DNA of 64,000 nt from Myxococcota bacterium (GCA_965250285.1 OZ252299.1:160001-224000), one strand, 5' to 3'; positions 32,542-44,098 are shown, counted from the stretch's first letter. Translations and numbers: made by a program. Notes: generated from the letters alone by a model not told the origin.

Positions 32542-33488
32542 GCAGCGTGCGCATCGCCACGCGAGGCAGCGACCTCGCGCTCACGCAGGCCCGCTACGTC
32601 GCGGGTCGCGTCGAACGCGAGCTCGGGCGCGAGGCCGAGCTCGTGGTGCTCAAGACCACGGGAGACCGGATCCAGAACGTCTCGCTCGCGAAGATCGGCG
32701 GCAAGGGCCTCTTCGTGAAGGAGATCGAAGAGGCGCTGCTCGACGGTCGTGCCGATGTCGCGGTGCACAGTGCGAAGGATCTGCCGGCGGTGCTCGCCGA
32801 CGGGCTCGAGCTCGCTTCGTTTCCCGAGCGCGCCGATGCGCGCGACGCCTGGGTGGCCCGCGATGGCCGAACGGGGCTCGCCGATCTGCGTGCGGGGGCG
32901 CGCGTCGGCACCGGCAGCACGCGCCGCACGGCGCAGCTGCTCGCGCTGCGACCCGACATCGAAGTCGTCCCGCTGCGTGGCAACGTGCCCACGCGGCTGG
33001 GCAAGATCGAGAGCGATGATCTCGACGGCGTGATCCTCGCCTGTGCTGGGCTCGACCGGCTCGGTCTCTCGGATCGCATCACCGAGCGCATCGCGCCGAC
33101 GCTGATGCTGCCGGCCGTGTGCCAGGGAATGCTCGCGCTCGAGACCCGAGCGGGCGATCCGCTGGGTGCGGCGCTGGCCGCGCTCGATGTGCCGGGGCAC
33201 GGCGCGATCGTCGCCGCCGAGCGCGGGTTCCTGGCGCGCCTCGAAGGCGACTGCACGGTGCCGGTTGCGGCGCACGCGACCCTCGAGCAGGCCGGTGCCT
33301 GGATCTCGCTCGAAGTGCTGCTGTGCAGCCCCGATGGCCAGCAGCGCGTGCACGCGCGCGAGGATGGACCCGTCGAGACGGCCCCCGAGCTCGGGCGCAG
33401 GCTCGCTGCCGACGTGCTCGGGCGCGGCGGGCGCGAGATTCTCGACGCCCTGCGTGAGGCCGGCGATGGGCCGGGCGACGTCCCGTGA
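32538..33488 (+). CDS. hemC: Hydroxymethylbilane synthase
   Basis: ATRGSDLAL, GGKGLFVKE, HSAKDLP, RGNV and LEGDC. Confidence 0.98.
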   Translation: MSSVRIATRGSDLALTQARYVAGRVERELGREAELVVLKTTGDRIQNVSLAKIGGKGLFVKEIEEALLDGRADVAVHSAKDLPAVLADGLELASFPERADARDAWVARDGRTGLADLRAGARVGTGSTRRTAQLLALRPDIEVVPLRGNVPTRLGKIESDDLDGVILACAGLDRLGLSDRITERIAPTLMLPAVCQGMLALETRAGDPLGAALAALDVPGHGAIVAAERGFLARLEGDCTVPVAAHATLEQAGAWISLEVLLCSPDGQQRVHAREDGPVETAPELGRRLAADVLGRGGREILDALREAGDGPGDVP

Positions 33489-35053
33489 CACGCGACGTCG
33501 AGAAGCCGCCGGGGCGCCTCGTTCTGGTGGGGGCCGGACCGGGCGACCCCGATCTGATCACGGTGCGCGGCGCAGCGGCGCTCGCCCGGGCCGACGTCGT
33601 TCTCTACGACGAGCTTGCATCGTTCGAGCTTCTCTCACTCGCGCCGCCCGCGGCCGAGCGCATCAACGTCGGCAAGCGGGGACACGACGCTCCGACGAAG
33701 ACGCAAGCCGAGATCAATGCGCTCATCGTCGATCGCGTGGGCGCCGGCCACGTCGTCGTGAGACTGAAGGGAGGCGATCCCTTCGTATTCGGCCGCGGCG
33801 GCGAAGAGGCCTCGGCCGTGGTCGAAGCGGGGCTCGACTACGAAGTCGTCCCCGGCGTGACCTCCGCGGTGTCAGCGCTCGCGTACGCCGGCATCCCCAT
33901 CACCGATCGTCGACACTCGGCGTCTTTCGCCGTCGTGACCGGCCACAAGGATCCGACCCGCGTCTCGGAAGCGACGCGCTGGCGCGAGCTCGGCAGCGCG
34001 GTCGACACCCTCGTGATCCTGATGGGCATGCGCAATCTGCCCGACATCGTCGATCGGATCCTCGAGGGCGGGCGCGATCCGGCGACCCCGGCGGCGGTCG
34101 TCATGTCGGGCACGCTCGCGGGTCAGCGCGTCGTCGAGGCGCCGCTGGCCGAGCTGCCGAAGGTCGTGCGGGCCGAGGGGCTCGGCGCACCCGCCGCCGT
34201 CGTCGTGGGCGACGTGGTGACGTTGCGTGAGCGGCTGGCCTGGTGGGAGAAGGTGCCGCTCTTCGGCCGGCGCGTGCTGGTGACCCGGGCTCCGCATCAG
34301 GCCCTCGAGCTGGCACGAGAGATCCGCGCGTTCGGGGCGGAGCCCGTGCTGCACCCGATGATCGAGCTCGTCGAGCAGACCGATCCGGCGCACGTCGCCG
34401 AGATCGACGCGTGCCTCGCGCGCTGGTCGACCATCAACGCGCTGGTGCTTTCGAGCTCGAACGCGGTCGACTTTCTCTCGCGCGCGCTCGACCGACGCGG
34501 TACGTCGACGCGCGATTTCGAGGGGCAGGTGATGTGTGTCGGTCAGAAGACGGCCGAGGCCGCCGTGGGCGTGGGGCTTCCGGTGCATCGGGTGGCGTCG
34601 GGCCGCAACGACGCCGAGGGTCTGCTCGCCGAGTTCCTCCACCATCTCGATCCGGATGGCCTGCGTGTGCTGATTCCGCGTTCGGACATCGGCCGCACCG
34701 TGATCGCCGATGGGCTCCGGGCGGCTGGAGCCGACGTGCACTCGATCCCCTTCTACGTGAATCGGCGACCCGAGATCGATGCCGCCGAGCTGCGCCGCGC
34801 GCTCGCGGCCGGCGAGCTCGACGTCCTCACGTTCACGAGCCCATCGACCGTCGATCACTTCGTCGAGGTGCTCGACGAGGCGAGTCGCAAGGCCGCCGAG
34901 CGCGCGATCGTCGCCGCCGTGGGGCGAACGACGGCGGCCGCGCTCGAACGCCACGGCTTCATGCCCGACGTTGTGCCGGCGCGCCCCGACGTGCGATCGC
35001 TCGTGCAGGGGGTGGTCGAACGCGTCGCCGGCGAAGCCGTCGCCGTGCCCTGA
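33485..35053 (+). CDS. cobA: Uroporphyrinogen-III C-methyltransferase / uroporphyrinogen-III synthase fusion
   Basis: GAGPGDPDL, RLKGGDPFVFGRGGEE, then HemD domain LVTRA..SSNAV..FTSPST. Confidence 0.96.
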   Translation: MTRDVEKPPGRLVLVGAGPGDPDLITVRGAAALARADVVLYDELASFELLSLAPPAAERINVGKRGHDAPTKTQAEINALIVDRVGAGHVVVRLKGGDPFVFGRGGEEASAVVEAGLDYEVVPGVTSAVSALAYAGIPITDRRHSASFAVVTGHKDPTRVSEATRWRELGSAVDTLVILMGMRNLPDIVDRILEGGRDPATPAAVVMSGTLAGQRVVEAPLAELPKVVRAEGLGAPAAVVVGDVVTLRERLAWWEKVPLFGRRVLVTRAPHQALELAREIRAFGAEPVLHPMIELVEQTDPAHVAEIDACLARWSTINALVLSSSNAVDFLSRALDRRGTSTRDFEGQVMCVGQKTAEAAVGVGLPVHRVASGRNDAEGLLAEFLHHLDPDGLRVLIPRSDIGRTVIADGLRAAGADVHSIPFYVNRRPEIDAAELRRALAAGELDVLTFTSPSTVDHFVEVLDEASRKAAERAIVAAVGRTTAAALERHGFMPDVVPARPDVRSLVQGVVERVAGEAVAVP

Positions 35054-35161
35054 GACTGCGGTCTTTTGTCAAAGCCCGGGGTGCGCGATGCTCCCCGCGC
35101 ATGCGCGGCGCGCAGCTCGGCCTTGGGGCGGGGCCGCTCGGCGGAGTGACCGGAGGTCGTC

Positions 35162-35347
35162 TTGGGGATCACCTACAAGGTTGTCGAGCTCTCGAGCGTG
35201 AGCGACGTCGAGATCGAGAACGTGCTCAATGAGGTCACGGCCGACGGCTGGACCTTCGACACGATGCAGTTCGCGATGCGCGACTCGTCGAAGCGACCTT
35301 CGATGGCCTTCATCACCTTCACGCGGGCCACCGAAGACGGAAGCTAG
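35162..35347 (+). CDS. DUF4177-like small protein
   Basis: YKVVEL...LNE...GW pattern. TTG start after GGAGG. Confidence 0.75.
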   Translation: MGITYKVVELSSVSDVEIENVLNEVTADGWTFDTMQFAMRDSSKRPSMAFITFTRATEDGS

Positions 35348-35395
35348 GCGCAGCGTTCTCGCCGACTGGGTTCGCGCCGGCGCCGGCGACCGAGC

Positions 35396-36409
35396 CTAGG
35401 CGCGGTGGCGCAGCGCGGGCGCGACGTCTTCGACGATGCGATCGAACGAGCGTCGTCGTGCGGCCTCGTCGACGCCCACGACCTGGGGTCGCACGATCAA
35501 CAGGTCGAGTCCGATCGCCTCGCGTTGCCCGGCCAGACGGTCGATCACCTCTGCGAGCTCACCGATCACCACCCGCTCCTCGGGCGGCGCTGCGGCTGCG
35601 CGCGCGAGCGCCGGCGGCAGCTTTCGGCCCGCCGGCATCCGGTTCTCCCGTGCATGGGCTGCGAGGGCCCGACCGGCCTCGTCGCGCGTCTCTGCGACGA
35701 AGACGGTGCGCATGACCGGCACCGGCAGCGTCGCGGCCTCGACCTCGCTCGGCAGCATCGAGCGGTGGTGCGCATGGTTCTCGGCGATCAGGTCGAAGGG
35801 CTCCATCGGCGATGCGAGGTAGGGCAGGCCGCGGCGGGCCGCCTGGGCGAGCCCCTTCTTGCCGAACGCGGCGACGCCGAGGGGCGGCGACGCGCCGACG
35901 GACGCATCGAGCCGGTTCGGCGCGAGGGGCCCGGCGTCGAACGGCCCACCGTGCAGCTCCGCCGCTTCGCCGCTGAACACCCGCAGCATCGCGTCGAGTG
36001 ATTCGTCGAAGCGATCGCGCTTGTCGGCCGGGTCGATGCCGAACGCCGAGAAGAGGGGCGGCGAGAACCCGCGCCCGAGCCCCAGGATCAGCCGCCCTCC
36101 CGAGAGCCGGTCGACGGCGACGACCTCGGCGGCGAGGCGCACCGGGTGATGGATCGGCAGCAGCACCGAGGTCGTTCCGATGCGCAGGCGCTTCGTGCGC
36201 GCCGCCACCGCGGCCAATGAGAGGAGAGGCGCGGCGTTGCCCGTCGGTGTGAAGTGCATCTCGGGCACCCACACCGAGTGCAGGTCGGCGTCTTCGGCGA
36301 GGTCGACCCACTCGAGGCCGCGCCGCCACTCGACGTCGTGGATGGGGCCCGCCATCGCGATCCCGATCTCGAAGCCCGAGATGCCCCAGTCTTCGACGGT
36401 GCTCGTCAC
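35396..36409 (-). CDS. LLM class flavin-dependent oxidoreductase
   Basis: WVPEMHF, LRIGT and DRLSGGRLILGLGRG. Confidence 0.92.
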   Translation of the reverse strand: MTSTVEDWGISGFEIGIAMAGPIHDVEWRRGLEWVDLAEDADLHSVWVPEMHFTPTGNAAPLLSLAAVAARTKRLRIGTTSVLLPIHHPVRLAAEVVAVDRLSGGRLILGLGRGFSPPLFSAFGIDPADKRDRFDESLDAMLRVFSGEAAELHGGPFDAGPLAPNRLDASVGASPPLGVAAFGKKGLAQAARRGLPYLASPMEPFDLIAENHAHHRSMLPSEVEAATLPVPVMRTVFVAETRDEAGRALAAHARENRMPAGRKLPPALARAAAAPPEERVVIGELAEVIDRLAGQREAIGLDLLIVRPQVVGVDEAARRRSFDRIVEDVAPALRHRA

Positions 36410-37761
36410 GAGGCTGCGTCGCCCCGCACGCCCATCACGTAGGGCAGGACGGTCGGAATCATGTCGACGCGTGCCTGCAGGCTGTGCCCGAGCCCGGCGA
36501 GCAGCGCGACGACCCGACCCGCGAGCACGAGGTGTCCCGGCACCGTCACGATCGGGTTCTCGCGAATCATGCGCGGCAGCTCGCCCGCGGCTTCTTCCAT
36601 CGCGGCGCGATCGACGAACGCCTGGTGACGCAGGCGCGTGGCGGTGCGGAGCACGAGGGTCGTGATCTCTTCGAGCGCTTCGACGCCCCCGTGGCGCGTC
36701 TCGAAGCCCATCCCTTCGAGCGACTCGGCCATCGCACGCGCGTCGCCGCCGAGCAGCGCCGCGGCGAACGCGGCGGTCGCTTCGCGAAAGCGCTTCGGTA
36801 GGGTCTTCGTGAGGCCGAAATCGAGAAACACGAGACAGAAGCGGCGCGAGCCGTCGGGGCGATCCCCTTCGAGCGGTTCGACGACGAGATTGCCCGGATG
36901 CGGGTCGGCGTGGAACACGCCGTGCACGAAGACCTGCTCGCAGTACGCCTCGACGAGTGTCTTCATGACGGCGTCGACGTCGATGCCCGCCGCCCGCAAC
37001 GCGTCGGCATCGTCGATCTTGATGCCTTCGATACGCTCCATCACGAGCACGCGTCGCGACGAGAGGTCTCGCCGCAGGCTCGGCACGCGAACGTCTTCGC
37101 GACCCTCGAAGAAACCGCCGACACGCTCGGCCGCATCTGCTTCACGCGTGAAGTCGAGCTCGCGCGGGACGTTCTGCTGCAGCTCGCGAAAGACCGGCAT
37201 GACGTCGAGGTCGCGTTCGACGAAGCCCACCGCCCGAAACAGCACGTGCAGGTTCGCGAGGTCGTGACGCACCAGGCTCGCGATCTCGGGGTACTGAATC
37301 TTGACGGCGACACGCTCGCCGCCGTGCAGCTCCCCGACATGCACCTGCGCCAGCGAGGCCGCCGCGAGCGGCTCGGCGTCGAGCGAAGCGAACACGCGAT
37401 CGATCGGTGCGCCAATCGATCGCTCGACGTCGCGGCGCAGCTTCTCGAAGTCGTGAGCGGGCACCCGATCCTGCAGCCGGCCGAGCACGTCGATGTACTC
37501 GGGGGGCAGCACGTCGGGGCGCGCCGACATGAACTGGCAGGCCTTGAGGATCATGCCGCGCAGATCGACCGCGAGGTCATGGATGCGCCACGCGGTGTTG
37601 TCGTGAAACTCCGACCAGCGCCGGTCCATGTCGGGGGGCGCGAGGCGTCGCTCGATCCACTGGTTCGACTTGGCGCCGAGGTACACGCGCCCGAACGTGG
37701 TCGAGATGCGGCGGGCGCGCTGGGCGCGCTCGGCGATCGGCAAGGGATCGGTCGAAGGCAT
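36406..37761 (-). CDS. ABC1/AarF/UbiB family atypical kinase
   Basis: AAASLAQVH, VAVKIQYP, ELDF, FHADPHPGN and LDFG. Confidence 0.94.
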   Translation of the reverse strand: MPSTDPLPIAERAQRARRISTTFGRVYLGAKSNQWIERRLAPPDMDRRWSEFHDNTAWRIHDLAVDLRGMILKACQFMSARPDVLPPEYIDVLGRLQDRVPAHDFEKLRRDVERSIGAPIDRVFASLDAEPLAAASLAQVHVGELHGGERVAVKIQYPEIASLVRHDLANLHVLFRAVGFVERDLDVMPVFRELQQNVPRELDFTREADAAERVGGFFEGREDVRVPSLRRDLSSRRVLVMERIEGIKIDDADALRAAGIDVDAVMKTLVEAYCEQVFVHGVFHADPHPGNLVVEPLEGDRPDGSRRFCLVFLDFGLTKTLPKRFREATAAFAAALLGGDARAMAESLEGMGFETRHGGVEALEEITTLVLRTATRLRHQAFVDRAAMEEAAGELPRMIRENPIVTVPGHLVLAGRVVALLAGLGHSLQARVDMIPTVLPYVMGVRGDAAS

Positions 37762-37858
37762 GCGGAGGGTCGACCTCGTGTTGCGTGGCGTCGGCCGATT
37801 CTACGCCAACGCACGCGAGCGTGGGGGCCGTACGCGCTTCGAACCCCGGCACGGGCGA

Positions 37859-39331
37859 CTACCAGAGTTCGGGTCGAGAATCGGGACAGGCCCACGCTTC
37901 GCCGCCCGCGTCCGCTGCGTCGGCCTCGGCCATTGCGCGCCGCTCGCTGCGCTCGGCCTCGCACGCATCGGTACAGAAGGCATCGCAATCGGTTCTGCGT
38001 CCGTCGCAGGAGGTGTGACAGACGCCCATGCAGTCTTCGAAAGCCAGCTCGAGGTCGTGATCGTCGAACGCGTCGAAGTCGGCCTCGCCGGCTTCATCGG
38101 CGAGCTCGTCCTCCCAGGGTGGGTTGTAAGAGCACATCACCCACTCGGTCGCGACGAACTCGAGCACGTAGCTGCTGCCGAGGTTGCGGTAGTCGAACGC
38201 GTGCGGCTCGGTCAGGCCGACGCCGTGCCAGAAGCCGCTCCCCACACGTGGGGTCGGCACGCGGTCGATGAAGCCGAACTCGACCAGCTCGTCGAGTCGT
38301 TCGGGGTACAGCCCCTCGACGTCGTAGTAGTCTGCGAGGGCTTCGATGATCTCTCTCGCACGCACGTGCTTCGAGACGGTGAAGTCGCCTTCGGCCACGG
38401 CCCGGCCGGCGACCAGGGGCAGGGCGACCAGGGCCGCTGCGAGCCCGAGCGTGACCGCGCGCTCGGCCGCCCCGCGTCGCCCGCCGGTCGCCCCGAGCGC
38501 GACGAGCACGACCGATCCGCCCAGGCCGATCGCGAGCAGCCCGGCGCCCGTGTGCGGGAAGGCGATGGCGAACCACGCGACCGGGAACACGCATCCGACC
38601 GCGACACCGGCAGCCCGCGCCGGAGCGGCTTCGACGAACGCGAGGCTCGCGGCCGCGATCGTCATGCCTGCGAGCACGCCGACCCACGACCAGACGCCGA
38701 TCTCGAGCGCGAGCACCGGGATCGCGGGCCAGGGCGAGATGTTGAACGCGAGCGCGGGATCCCAACCCGAGGCGTTGCGGATCACGGCGCTCACGACGAA
38801 GAGCACGGCGCCGTAGAGCACGCCCGCGGCGAGCGGGTGAAGGCGGCCGAGCGCGCGGACGAGGTCGGGTGCGGTGACCGCGCAGCCGAGCAGCGCGCCG
38901 CTCGTCAGCATGACGACCGATCCGCGCCAGTCGAAGAAGCCCCACACCGATCGCGCCGATCCGAACAGGCCGTAGAAGGCGAGGATCGCCGAGCATGCGA
39001 AGGCGGTGGCGGCGGCGGTGCGCGCGAGGGCGGGTGCCGGCCGCACGGAGAGTAGGGCGAACGCGAGCCCGGGCGGTGTCGCGAGCAGCACGATGCCCGC
39101 GACCGGCGCCTGCGCGAGCCGCTCGATGAAGGCGAAGTCGAACAGGAAGCCGGTCGGTTCGAACCAGGCCGAGGCGAGACCGTTCGGGGGTGGACCGAGG
39201 CCTTGATGCAGCAGACCGGCCCAGGCCAGGCCGGCCGCGGCGAGCGCGCTCGCGCTGGCGGTCGACCAACGAGAGCGGTGCGCCTCCCCCTCGACGCCGT
39301 CGACGTCGGCCCGGTCGCCGTGCTCGCGCAA
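37859..39331 (-). CDS. Polytopic membrane protein with C-terminal pseudopilin-like, acidic Cys-rich domain
   Basis: About 10-11 hydrophobic segments, then [23 protein letters not shown] and [12 protein letters not shown]. Start uncertain (TTG 39331 or ATG 39382). Confidence 0.7.
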   Translation of the reverse strand: MREHGDRADVDGVEGEAHRSRWSTASASALAAAGLAWAGLLHQGLGPPPNGLASAWFEPTGFLFDFAFIERLAQAPVAGIVLLATPPGLAFALLSVRPAPALARTAAATAFACSAILAFYGLFGSARSVWGFFDWRGSVVMLTSGALLGCAVTAPDLVRALGRLHPLAAGVLYGAVLFVVSAVIRNASGWDPALAFNISPWPAIPVLALEIGVWSWVGVLAGMTIAAASLAFVEAAPARAAGVAVGCVFPVAWFAIAFPHTGAGLLAIGLGGSVVLVALGATGGRRGAAERAVTLGLAAALVALPLVAGRAVAEGDFTVSKHVRAREIIEALADYYDVEGLYPERLDELVEFGFIDRVPTPRVGSGFWHGVGLTEPHAFDYRNLGSSYVLEFVATEWVMCSYNPPWEDELADEAGEADFDAFDDHDLELAFEDCMGVCHTSCDGRRTDCDAFCTDACEAERSERRAMAEADAADAGGEAWACPDSRPELW

Positions 39332-39338
39332 CTGCGTG

Positions 39339-39761
39339 CTACTCGAGCTTGAAACGGGTGCGCACGCTCGGCCCGTCGCCATCCTCTTCGTCGTCGGCCT
39401 CGCGTGGCTTCACGCGCACCTTCGCTTCGATCTCGATGGTGTGGCCGGCGAGAAAAGAAGAGAGCAGCTCGGCCGGGTCGGTCTCGGCGAGCTGACGCCC
39501 CATCTCATTCGCGATGCGCTCGATCACCTCCGTGCGGGTGCGGTCGCTCTGCTCGGTGGCGAAGTCGACCCACTCCCTCGGGACGGTGTCGCCGAACGCC
39601 CGGCGAATCGCGCTCTCGGTCATGAAGAAGCCCGAGAGGCCGAGCGTCGCCATTCGGCGGATCATGTCCGGCACGGCGCCCGACGCGGTCTCGTCGTCGG
39701 GCTCGGCATCGTCTCGAGCTTCGGCGTCGGCGCCGAAGGGGCTGGCGGGCTTGCGACTCAT
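39339..39761 (-). CDS. Hypothetical helical protein
   Basis: 140 aa ORF with protein-like composition and AAAGACAGGA upstream of the ATG. Confidence 0.7.
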   Translation of the reverse strand: MSRKPASPFGADAEARDDAEPDDETASGAVPDMIRRMATLGLSGFFMTESAIRRAFGDTVPREWVDFATEQSDRTRTEVIERIANEMGRQLAETDPAELLSSFLAGHTIEIEAKVRVKPREADDEEDGDGPSVRTRFKLE

Positions 39762-40200
39762 CGGAGGTCCTGTCTTTCCACCTTCCTCGCCCTTCCCACG
39801 CCTCTCCCGCTCTCACTGCCGGTTTTCACGTCGGATTCAGGTCCCACTCTCTCGCCGGGCGGGGCGGCTGTGGTGGCCCCGATTCGGCGATGGGACGCGC
39901 GGGAGAGCGCGGCGAGCGAAGATATCACGCCGGGGCGCCGTGGATCGCGGGGCGGCGCCGAGCCCGGGGCCTGCGCCCCCTGCCAGCGAACGACGCCCGC
40001 CGGGTGTCGCCGTCGCTCGCCATCCACGGATCGGGGGTCGGTTTGCGATTCCCTCCGGGGTCGAGTAATTTTCCCCTGTCGCCCTTTGGGTCGGATCCGA
40101 CCGCGGGGGGCATCACCGACACGGTCCACCGGCGGGGCGCCACGCGCTCAGCCGGCGCGGCGCGGGCCCAGCCGGGCCCATTGGAACGGGTGGAACGGTC

Positions 40201-41022
40201 ATGGTCGAATCGATCCTGGTAGCAACCGATGGCTCCGACGACGGCGGCGCGGCCGAGCGCACCGGCATCGCGCTCGCCGCACGTCTGAAGGCACGTCTCT
40301 CGGGCGTGACCGTGATCGAGGACGATCGGATCAAACCGCCGACGGCCGCGGGACTCGAGCTGCCCGCTTTCCCCGAGGCCGAGCTCTCGGCGTTCTACCG
40401 CGCTCGAGCGGACGCCGTCTCTCGGCGCTTCGCCGAACGGGCCCGGGCCGAAGGCGTCGAGGCGAGCTGCGAAGTCGTGTCGGGGACCGCCGACGATCAG
40501 ATCGTCGAACGCGCCGGCGGAGCCGATCTGCTCGTGATCGGCCGCGACGGCGGGGCCGGCGGCGCACCCAACGCCTTGATCGGCTCGACGACCGACGGCG
40601 TGATCCGCAAGACCACCCGCTCCACGGTCATCGTGCCCTCGGGTGCTCCGCTTTCCGGCCCGCTCGTGCTCGGCTTCGACGGCTCACCGGGCTCGCGCAT
40701 CGCCGCGAAGATGGCGGTGGCGCTCGCCAACGGCTTGAACGAAGGCGTGCACGTCTTCGTCGACAGCAAGGACAAGGGGCGCGCCGTGGCTCGCTTCGAA
40801 GAGGTGCGCCAGCTCGTGGGCGGTCTCCAGGTGCCCGTTCGCGAGACCTCGTCGACCCTCGGGCGACCCGACGTGAAGATCGTCGACTCCGCCCGCGAAG
40901 CGCGCGCGAGCCTGATCGTGATGGGCGCCTACGGTCGAAATCGCATCACCGACTACTTCCTCGGCAGCAACGCAGCGGCGGTGGCCCGCACCTCGCCGGT
41001 CGCGGTTCTGCTCGCCCGGTAG
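40201..41022 (+). CDS. Universal stress protein (tandem USP domains)
   Basis: [26 protein letters not shown] and [13 protein letters not shown]. Confidence 0.93.
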   Translation: MVESILVATDGSDDGGAAERTGIALAARLKARLSGVTVIEDDRIKPPTAAGLELPAFPEAELSAFYRARADAVSRRFAERARAEGVEASCEVVSGTADDQIVERAGGADLLVIGRDGGAGGAPNALIGSTTDGVIRKTTRSTVIVPSGAPLSGPLVLGFDGSPGSRIAAKMAVALANGLNEGVHVFVDSKDKGRAVARFEEVRQLVGGLQVPVRETSSTLGRPDVKIVDSAREARASLIVMGAYGRNRITDYFLGSNAAAVARTSPVAVLLAR

Positions 41023-41030
41023 CTCGTTCG

Positions 41031-42104
41031 GTGCCTCGGGCCACCCGGCCCGCACCCCTCGACGCCCTCGCTGCCGAGCTCGGTCGTGAGGTGGGCCGCA
41101 GCGTCGACGTCGACGGCGATGCGCGCGTGCGAATCGAAGGCGTTGCGAGCCTCGAGCGCGCCGGCGCCGGCGACCTCGCCCACTGCCGCACCGCGCGACA
41201 CCTCGAAGCCGCACGCAGCTCGGGTGCCGCGGCGTTCGTCGCGCCGCCCGGTCTCGACATCGACGAGCGGCCGACGCTGCGCAGCGCGCGCCCCGATCTC
41301 GACTTTGCGCGGCTCGTGCGTTGGCTGACGCAGGCAGCGGACACCGTGGCCTTCCCCGACTCGAATCGCCCCGTCGCAGCAGACGCGCGCATCGATCCGA
41401 CCGCCCGGCTCGGGCCCGGCTGCGCCGTCGGCGCGCGCTCGAAGGTGGGGCCGCGCAGCGTGCTGCACGCGGGTGTCGTGCTGTACGCCGACGTCGAGGT
41501 CGGGGCGGACTGCGAGATCCACTCCGGCGTCGTCGTGCGCGAGGGCACTCGCATCGGGGACCGCGTCGTGCTTCATCCCGGCGCCGTGCTCGGCGCAGAC
41601 GGCTTCGGGTACACGGGTGACGAAGCCGGGCAGCTCTTCAAGATTCCGCAGGTCGGCATCGTGGTCGTCGAAGACGACGTCGAGATCGGGGCGTCGAGCA
41701 CGGTCGACCGGGCGACGCTCGACGAGACGCGGATCCGCCGCGGAGCGCGGATCGACAACCTCGTTCAGATCGCACACAACTGCGACATCGGCGAGGGCGC
41801 CATCCTCGCCGGTCAGGTCGGCCTGTCGGGCAGCGTGCGCGTGGGCGCGGGCGCTGCGCTGATGGGGCAGGTCGGTGTCGCGGACCACGTCGAGATCGGC
41901 GCCGGCGCATTCGTCGCGGCGAGATCGGGCGTCGCGCGCGACGTGGCGCCGGGGGCACGGGTGTTCGGTGCGCCGGCTGCCGAGGAGCGCGCGTGGCACC
42001 GGATGGTGGCCGCGCTGCCGCGGCTGCCCGAGGCGCTGCGCCGCCTGCGACGCATCGAACGGCTGCTCGCCGATCGCGACTCGCACGACGGACCGGTCCG
42101 CTAG
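41031..42104 (+). CDS. lpxD: UDP-3-O-(3-hydroxyacyl)glucosamine N-acyltransferase
   Basis: Hexapeptide repeats, GADGFGY, KIPQVG and [10 protein letters not shown]. Confidence 0.95.
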   Translation: MPRATRPAPLDALAAELGREVGRSVDVDGDARVRIEGVASLERAGAGDLAHCRTARHLEAARSSGAAAFVAPPGLDIDERPTLRSARPDLDFARLVRWLTQAADTVAFPDSNRPVAADARIDPTARLGPGCAVGARSKVGPRSVLHAGVVLYADVEVGADCEIHSGVVVREGTRIGDRVVLHPGAVLGADGFGYTGDEAGQLFKIPQVGIVVVEDDVEIGASSTVDRATLDETRIRRGARIDNLVQIAHNCDIGEGAILAGQVGLSGSVRVGAGAALMGQVGVADHVEIGAGAFVAARSGVARDVAPGARVFGAPAAEERAWHRMVAALPRLPEALRRLRRIERLLADRDSHDGPVR

Positions 42105-42115
42105 CTTGCACGGCG

Positions 42116-42922
42116 ATGGATTCGTCCGATCACTCGATTTCGGCGCTGCGCGAGATGCTCGAATCCGCCCCCGATGACGCCGCGGCCGAGCGCTTGTGCG
42201 ATCAGCTCGACGGCGATCGTCGCTCGGGGGCGCGCGCGCTCGCCGTGCGTTGGCGCAAACGACGCGAAGCGCGCCGCGTCGAGCACGCCCGCCTCGAGGG
42301 GCTCTTCGCGCTCCGCCGCTCGCTTCGCGAAGCCGGGGCGACGCATGTCGCGGGCGTCGACGAGGTCGGCGTCGGGCCCCTTGCGGGGCCGGTCGTGGCG
42401 GCCGCGGTCGTGCTGCCCGAACCCGTCGATCTACCGGGTCTCGACGACTCGAAGAAGCTCTCGGCCCCGCGGCGCGAGGCGCTGGCCGAACGCATTCGCA
42501 GCCAGGCGATCGCGATCGGTATCGGCGAGGTCGAGCCGAACGAGATCGACCGGCTGAACATCCACCGCGCCTCGCTCGAGGCGATGCGAAGAGCCGTCGA
42601 GGCCGTCGACGCGAAGTGTCCGGTCGACCACCTGCTCGTCGACGCGCGCATCGTACCGGGCGTTCGACTCGGCGCCGACCAGCAGACCTCGCTCGTGCGC
42701 GGCGACGCCCGCGACGGTTCGATCGCTGCAGCCTCGATCGTCGCCAAGGTGCACCGCGACGCCATCATGCAGCGACTCGAGCGCACCCATCCGGGCTACG
42801 GCTTCGGGCGCCACATGGGCTACGGCACGGCCGAGCATCTCGACGCCTTGCAGCGCCTCGGCGCGACCGCGCAGCATCGTCGTTCGTTCGCACCCGTCGC
42901 CGCCGTCGTGACGGGTCGCTGA
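42116..42922 (+). CDS. rnhB: Ribonuclease HII
   Basis: GVDEVGVGPLAGPV, DDSKKL, IAAASIVAKV and HRRSF. Confidence 0.97.
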   Translation: MDSSDHSISALREMLESAPDDAAAERLCDQLDGDRRSGARALAVRWRKRREARRVEHARLEGLFALRRSLREAGATHVAGVDEVGVGPLAGPVVAAAVVLPEPVDLPGLDDSKKLSAPRREALAERIRSQAIAIGIGEVEPNEIDRLNIHRASLEAMRRAVEAVDAKCPVDHLLVDARIVPGVRLGADQQTSLVRGDARDGSIAAASIVAKVHRDAIMQRLERTHPGYGFGRHMGYGTAEHLDALQRLGATAQHRRSFAPVAAVVTGR

Positions 42923-42934
42923 GGCGGGCCCGTC

Positions 42935-44023
42935 TTGGCCGAGCAACCGCGCAAGAACGCGCCGCACGCGGGTTCGCCGGGCGAGGCCTCGCTGGCCGGG
43001 CCGCGCCCGATCCTGCGTGCGCGGCCCGAGGACTTTCGCGTCGACGAAGAGCTCGCCTATGCGCCCTCGGGCGAGGGGGGGCACACGTACGTGCGCGTCG
43101 AGAAGCGTCTGCTCGAGACCGAGCAGGTCGCGCGCCTGCTCGCCAAAGCGGCGGGCGTGCGCGCTTCGGAGGTCGGCTACGCCGGCCGAAAGGATCGGCG
43201 CGCCGTCGCGACGCAATGGCTGTCGGTGCCGGATCTCGCGCCGGCCGATGCCCTCGCCCTCGAGGCCGACGGGCTGCGTGTGCTCGAAGCGATCCCGCAT
43301 GCGCACAAGCTGCGGGTCGGACGCGTGCGCGCCAATCGCTTCGACGTCTGGATCCGGGGCGTCGATGCCGAACGGCGCAGCGCGATGGCGGCTGCGACCG
43401 AGCGGCTGCGCGCGCGGGGGCTGCCGAACCGGTTCGGTTCGCAGCGCTTCGGTCGCGGTGGGCGCAACGTCGAGCGGGCGCTCGCCCTCGCGCGGGGTGA
43501 GTTTCGCGAACGCGACCGACGCAAGGCGCGCTTCCTCTTCTCGGCTCTGCAAGCGCACGTCTTCAACGCCGTGCTCGATGCGCGGGAGCGGTCGATCGAC
43601 GAGGTCGAGGTCGGCGACGTCGCACAGGTCGTCGCGTCGGGAGGGCTCTTCGTCGTCGAAGACCTCGAGCGCGAACAGCCGCGTGCAGCGGCGTTCGAGA
43701 TCAGCGCGACCGGGCCGATCTTCGGCCCGAAGGCCAAAGCGCCCGCCTCGCCGGTCGCCGAACGCGAGCACGCCGTGCTGGTCGCGCTCGGTCTCGACGG
43801 CGTCTCGCCACCGCCCGGCGTGCGCGCGCGCGGCGACCGGCGAGCGATTCGGGTGCCGGTGCCCGATCTGGCCGCCGACGCCGAAGGAGACGATGTCCGG
43901 CTGCGCTTCACGCTGCCGTCGGGCAGCTACGCCACCGTGCTCGTCGAGCACCTCGTCGGTGCGTTCCAAGAGGTCGACGTATCGACCGCCGAGGTCACGC
44001 AGACGTCGCCGACGACCGAGTGA
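42935..44023 (+). CDS. truD: tRNA pseudouridine(13) synthase TruD
   Basis: PEDFRVDE, YAGRKDRRA, PNRFGSQRFG and LPSGSYAT. Confidence 0.96.
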   Translation: MAEQPRKNAPHAGSPGEASLAGPRPILRARPEDFRVDEELAYAPSGEGGHTYVRVEKRLLETEQVARLLAKAAGVRASEVGYAGRKDRRAVATQWLSVPDLAPADALALEADGLRVLEAIPHAHKLRVGRVRANRFDVWIRGVDAERRSAMAAATERLRARGLPNRFGSQRFGRGGRNVERALALARGEFRERDRRKARFLFSALQAHVFNAVLDARERSIDEVEVGDVAQVVASGGLFVVEDLEREQPRAAAFEISATGPIFGPKAKAPASPVAEREHAVLVALGLDGVSPPPGVRARGDRRAIRVPVPDLAADAEGDDVRLRFTLPSGSYATVLVEHLVGAFQEVDVSTAEVTQTSPTTE

Positions 44024-44098
44024 AAGGGCCCAGGGGCCCGTGTATCCTCGCGCCAGCGCGCGGGAAGCGGGCCATCGCGTGCCTGCCGAGGAGGAAAC

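Noticed and set aside
39336..41030. 922-aa ORF suggesting a large N-terminal fusion to LpxD
   Set aside because: The upstream part is an out-of-frame overlap with the USP gene and an antisense gene. LpxD similarity begins near 41031.
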